Shown: in pieces, positions 60,918 to 64,000 of the stretch | How positions within the stretch are numbered: the stretch's first letter is position 1 | Layout: the number at the start of each line of letters is the position of its first letter | Assembly (NCBI RefSeq): GCF_004010195.1 | Contig: NC_057718.1 | Coordinates: 2,490,996 to 2,554,995 of the forward strand | Reading direction: 5' to 3' | DNA length: 64,000 nt | Origin: Chiloscyllium plagiosum | Taxonomy: Eukaryota | Position numbers and translations under genes: made by a program | Notes under the pieces: generated by a model | Database searches by the model: none | Seen by the model: only the letters and a program-made list of their open reading frames with translations | What the model was told of the DNA's origin: nothing

Positions 60918-61842
60918 TGATGATACTAAGCTGGGTGGCAGGGTGAAATGTGATGAAGATGTTAGGAGATTACAGAGTGACCTGGACAAGTTAGGTGAGT
61001 GGTCAGATGCATGGCAGATGCAGTTTAAGGTGGATAAATGTATGGTTATCCACTTTGGTGGCAAGAACAGGAAGGCAGATTACTCCCTAAATGGAATCAA
61101 TATAGGTAAAGGGGCAGTACAGAGAGATCTGGGTGTTCTTGTACACCGGTCAATGAAGGTAAGCATGCAGGTACAGCAGGTAGTGAAGAAGGCTAATAGC
61201 ATGCTGGCCTTCACAACAAGAGGGATTGAGTATAGAAGCAAAGAGGTTCTTCTGCAGCTGTACAGGGCCCTGGTGAGACCACACCTGGAGTACTGTGTGC
61301 AGTTCTGGTCTCCAAATTTGAGGAAAGACATTCTGGCTATTGAGGGAGTGCAATGTAGGTTCATGAGGTAAATTCCTGGAATGGCGGGACTACCTTACAC
61401 TGAAAGACTGGAGCGACTGGGCTTGTATACCCTTGAGTTTAGAAGACTGAGAGGGGATATGATTGAGACATATAAGATTATTAAAGGATTGGACACTCTG
61501 GAGGCAGGAAACATGTTTCTGCTGACGGCTGAGTGCTGAACCAGAGGACACAGCTTAAAAATACGGGGTAGACCATTTAGGACAGAGATGAGGAGAAACT
61601 TCTTCACCCAGAGAGTGGTGGGTGTATGGAATGCTCTGCCACAGAGGGCAGTGGAGGCCCAGTCTCTGGATTCATTTAAGAAAGAGTTGGATAGAGCTCT
61701 CAAGGATTGTGGAATCAAGGGTTATGGAGATAAGGCAGGAACAGGATACTGATTAAGGACGATCAGCCATGATCATATTGAATGGCGGTGCAGGCTCGAA
61801 GGGCAGAATGGCCTACTCCTGCACCTATTGTCTATTGTCTAT
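60918..61842 (+). mobile_element. CR1-like LINE 3' part, young
   Basis: DDTKLGG..LQSDLDKLGEWSDAWQMQF..LYRALVRPHLEYCVQFWSP, ending (CTATTGT)n. Confidence 0.92.
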
Positions 61843-63384
61843 TAATTCACCCTCCTCATTAACAAAATAAACTTTTTACAGGAAGAGTTGAAAAATAATT
61901 TGTAACAGGGAGACTCTTAACACATTGATAGGAAACCTAAGCACACAGGAGGAGGATGCGCAAATCATACAGAGGCAGTCACCCAAAGCTGGAATCAAAT
62001 CCAGGTCCCTGGCACTGTGAGGCAGCAGGGCTAATCGCTGAGTCACCATTCCTGAGAAGGGACAAGACAGCACCTTCCAAATCCACGACCACTTCCATCT
62101 AGAAAGAAATACATTGCTGTTCTTTCAGTGTCGCCGGGTTGAAAGCCTTTCTTAAAGACCTTGTGGGTCTACTGACAGCACATGGACTGCAGTGGTTCAA
62201 GCGGGCAGTTTCTTCTCAAGAGCAAATAGGGATGGGCAATAAATGTTGGCCAAGCCAGGAAGTGACACATCACTGAAAAGTAAAAAAAAAGTTTCAGTTA
62301 CACAAGGTATAGCTGATCGTCTTGAATACTGCGTGCAGTTTTGGTCCTTTTCAAGGAAGGGTGTTAGAGGTGGTTCAGACAAGGTTTGCTGGATTGACAT
62401 CTAGACTGAGTGGGTTTGAGGAAAGGCTGGACTGACTGGGCTTGTTTCCATTGGAGTTGAAAAGAGTGAGGGTTGACTTGATTGAAGTGCATCAGATCCT
62501 GAATGGGCTTGACAAGATGGCTGTGGAAAGGGTGTTTCCCCTTGTGGGTCAGTCCAGAACCAGAGAGCTCTGATGTACAATTCTGATCACTCTTTCAGAA
62601 CAGAGGGGAGGAGAATGTTTTTCTCTCTGGGGTTGTGTAACTTTGGGACTCTTTGCCTCAGAACACCATGAAGGAGGAAGAGGAGGAGGGGATATTGAAT
62701 ATTTTTATGGTGGAGGGGGTAGATTATTGTTGGGCAGGGAATCATGGGTCATCGGGGGAGATAGGAATGTGAAATTCCAGACACAAGCAGATCAGCCATG
62801 ATCTTATAGAATGGTGAAGGAGGGGCTGAATGGCTTACTTCTGTCTTATTTCATCTGCTTGTATAACCATCTGATCCTTGCTCCATTTCTGAGTTGCACA
62901 CAATCAGGGTCAGGCAACATGAATTTGCAATGATTACTCAGCATTTCTTCCTCTTTCAAACAATGTCTGGAGTTTGACTTTTTTTCTGTACTGTCAGCAG
63001 AATGAATGGTTTGTCACGGCAGGTCCCCTCCCTTCTCAATGTGTTATGACATAACCATTGCTGTGTCAACTGCTCCATTGAGAGGTGTCAATTGGATAGT
63101 TAACCTGTTCCTGATACAATCTCACACTGTTGTTCCAGGGGATTTGACAAGTTTTCTCCTGAAACACCTTTTTTCAGACATGAAATATATTGCACTGATT
63201 CACCCTCAGCTCCTGGCATCCAACCTCCTTTGCAAATCGTCCACATTTAATCCACCTGATTGACGGTAAGGTGTTGATCATTTATGGCCAATCACACAAT
63301 ACCTTCTGAGGAATTTTTAAACATTCTTTCACAGGATGTGGGCATCTCCAGCCTGTCCCTAGTTGCCCCTTGAGAAGAATGTTT

Positions 63385-64000
63385 GGTAAGGACAAGCCAG
63401 GAAACTATAGACCAGTGAGCCTGATATCGGTGGTGGGCAAGTTGTTGGAGGAATCCTGAGGGACAGGATGTACATGTATTTGGAAAGGCAAGGACTGATT
63501 AGGGATAGTCAACATGGCTTTGTGCGTGGGAAATCATGTCTCACAAAGTTGATTGAATTTTTTGAAGAAGTAACAAAGAGGATTGATGAGGGCAGAGCGG
63601 TAGATATGATCTGTATGGACTTCAGTAAGGCGTTCAACAAGGTTCCCTATAGGAGACTGGTTAGCAAGGTTAGATCTCATGGAATACAGGGAGAACAAGC
63701 CATTTGGATACAGAACTGGCTCAAAGGTAGAAGACAGAGGATGGTGGTGGAGGGTTGTTTTTCAGACTGGAGGCCTGTGACCAGTGGAGTGCCACAAGGA
63801 TCAATCTGGGTCCACTACTTTTCATCATTTATATAAGTGATTTGAATGTGAGCATAAGTGGTATAGTTAGTAAGTTTGCAGATGATACCAAAATTGGAGG
63901 TGTAGTGGACAGTGAAGAAAGTTATCTCAGAATACAACAGGATTATGATCAGATGGGCTAATGGGCTGAGAAGTGGCAGATGGAGTTTACTTCAGATAAA
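63385..64000 (+). mobile_element. CR1-like LINE RT domain (runs off the window)
   Basis: [57 protein letters not shown]. Confidence 0.92.

Noticed and set aside
60808-61371. Intact RT gene or domesticated LINE
   Set aside because: It is a 5'-truncated CR1 fragment with stops. No full-length ORF2 exists anywhere in the window.
56722-64000. EFHC1 exons expected from human synteny
   Set aside because: I recognised no EFHC1/DM10-like coding sequence. The region is almost entirely repeats.

Overview
Eukaryotic, repeat-dense vertebrate DNA. The repeat set (HE1-type V-SINEs, CR1/HER1-like LINEs, Penelope-like elements) points to a cartilaginous fish, probably a shark (inference). Three protein-coding loci are supported. 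(1) MCM3 exon 1 on the minus strand, in a CpG island with E2F, CCAAT and GC-box motifs. (2) The single coding exon of PAQR8 (membrane progestin receptor beta) on the plus strand, head-to-head with MCM3 as at human 6p12. (3) A five-exon plus-strand gene at 43289-56721 that the ORF track mostly misses. Assembled by hand from splice sites, it encodes a 287-aa palmitoylated transmembrane adaptor (short ectodomain, TM, CxxC, RxLPxxP, three Tyr motifs) resembling PAG1/LIME1 but lying at a locus where I know of no such mammalian gene. The rest is mostly decayed CR1, Rex1/Babar-like and L2-like LINE fragments, SINEs, minisatellites, a tRNA-Lys pseudogene and four assembly gaps. At least four distinct Penelope-like families carry minimal hammerhead-ribozyme cores, including ~90-bp TSD-flanked insertions that are little more than the ribozyme. 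Repeat boundaries are approximate and read by eye.
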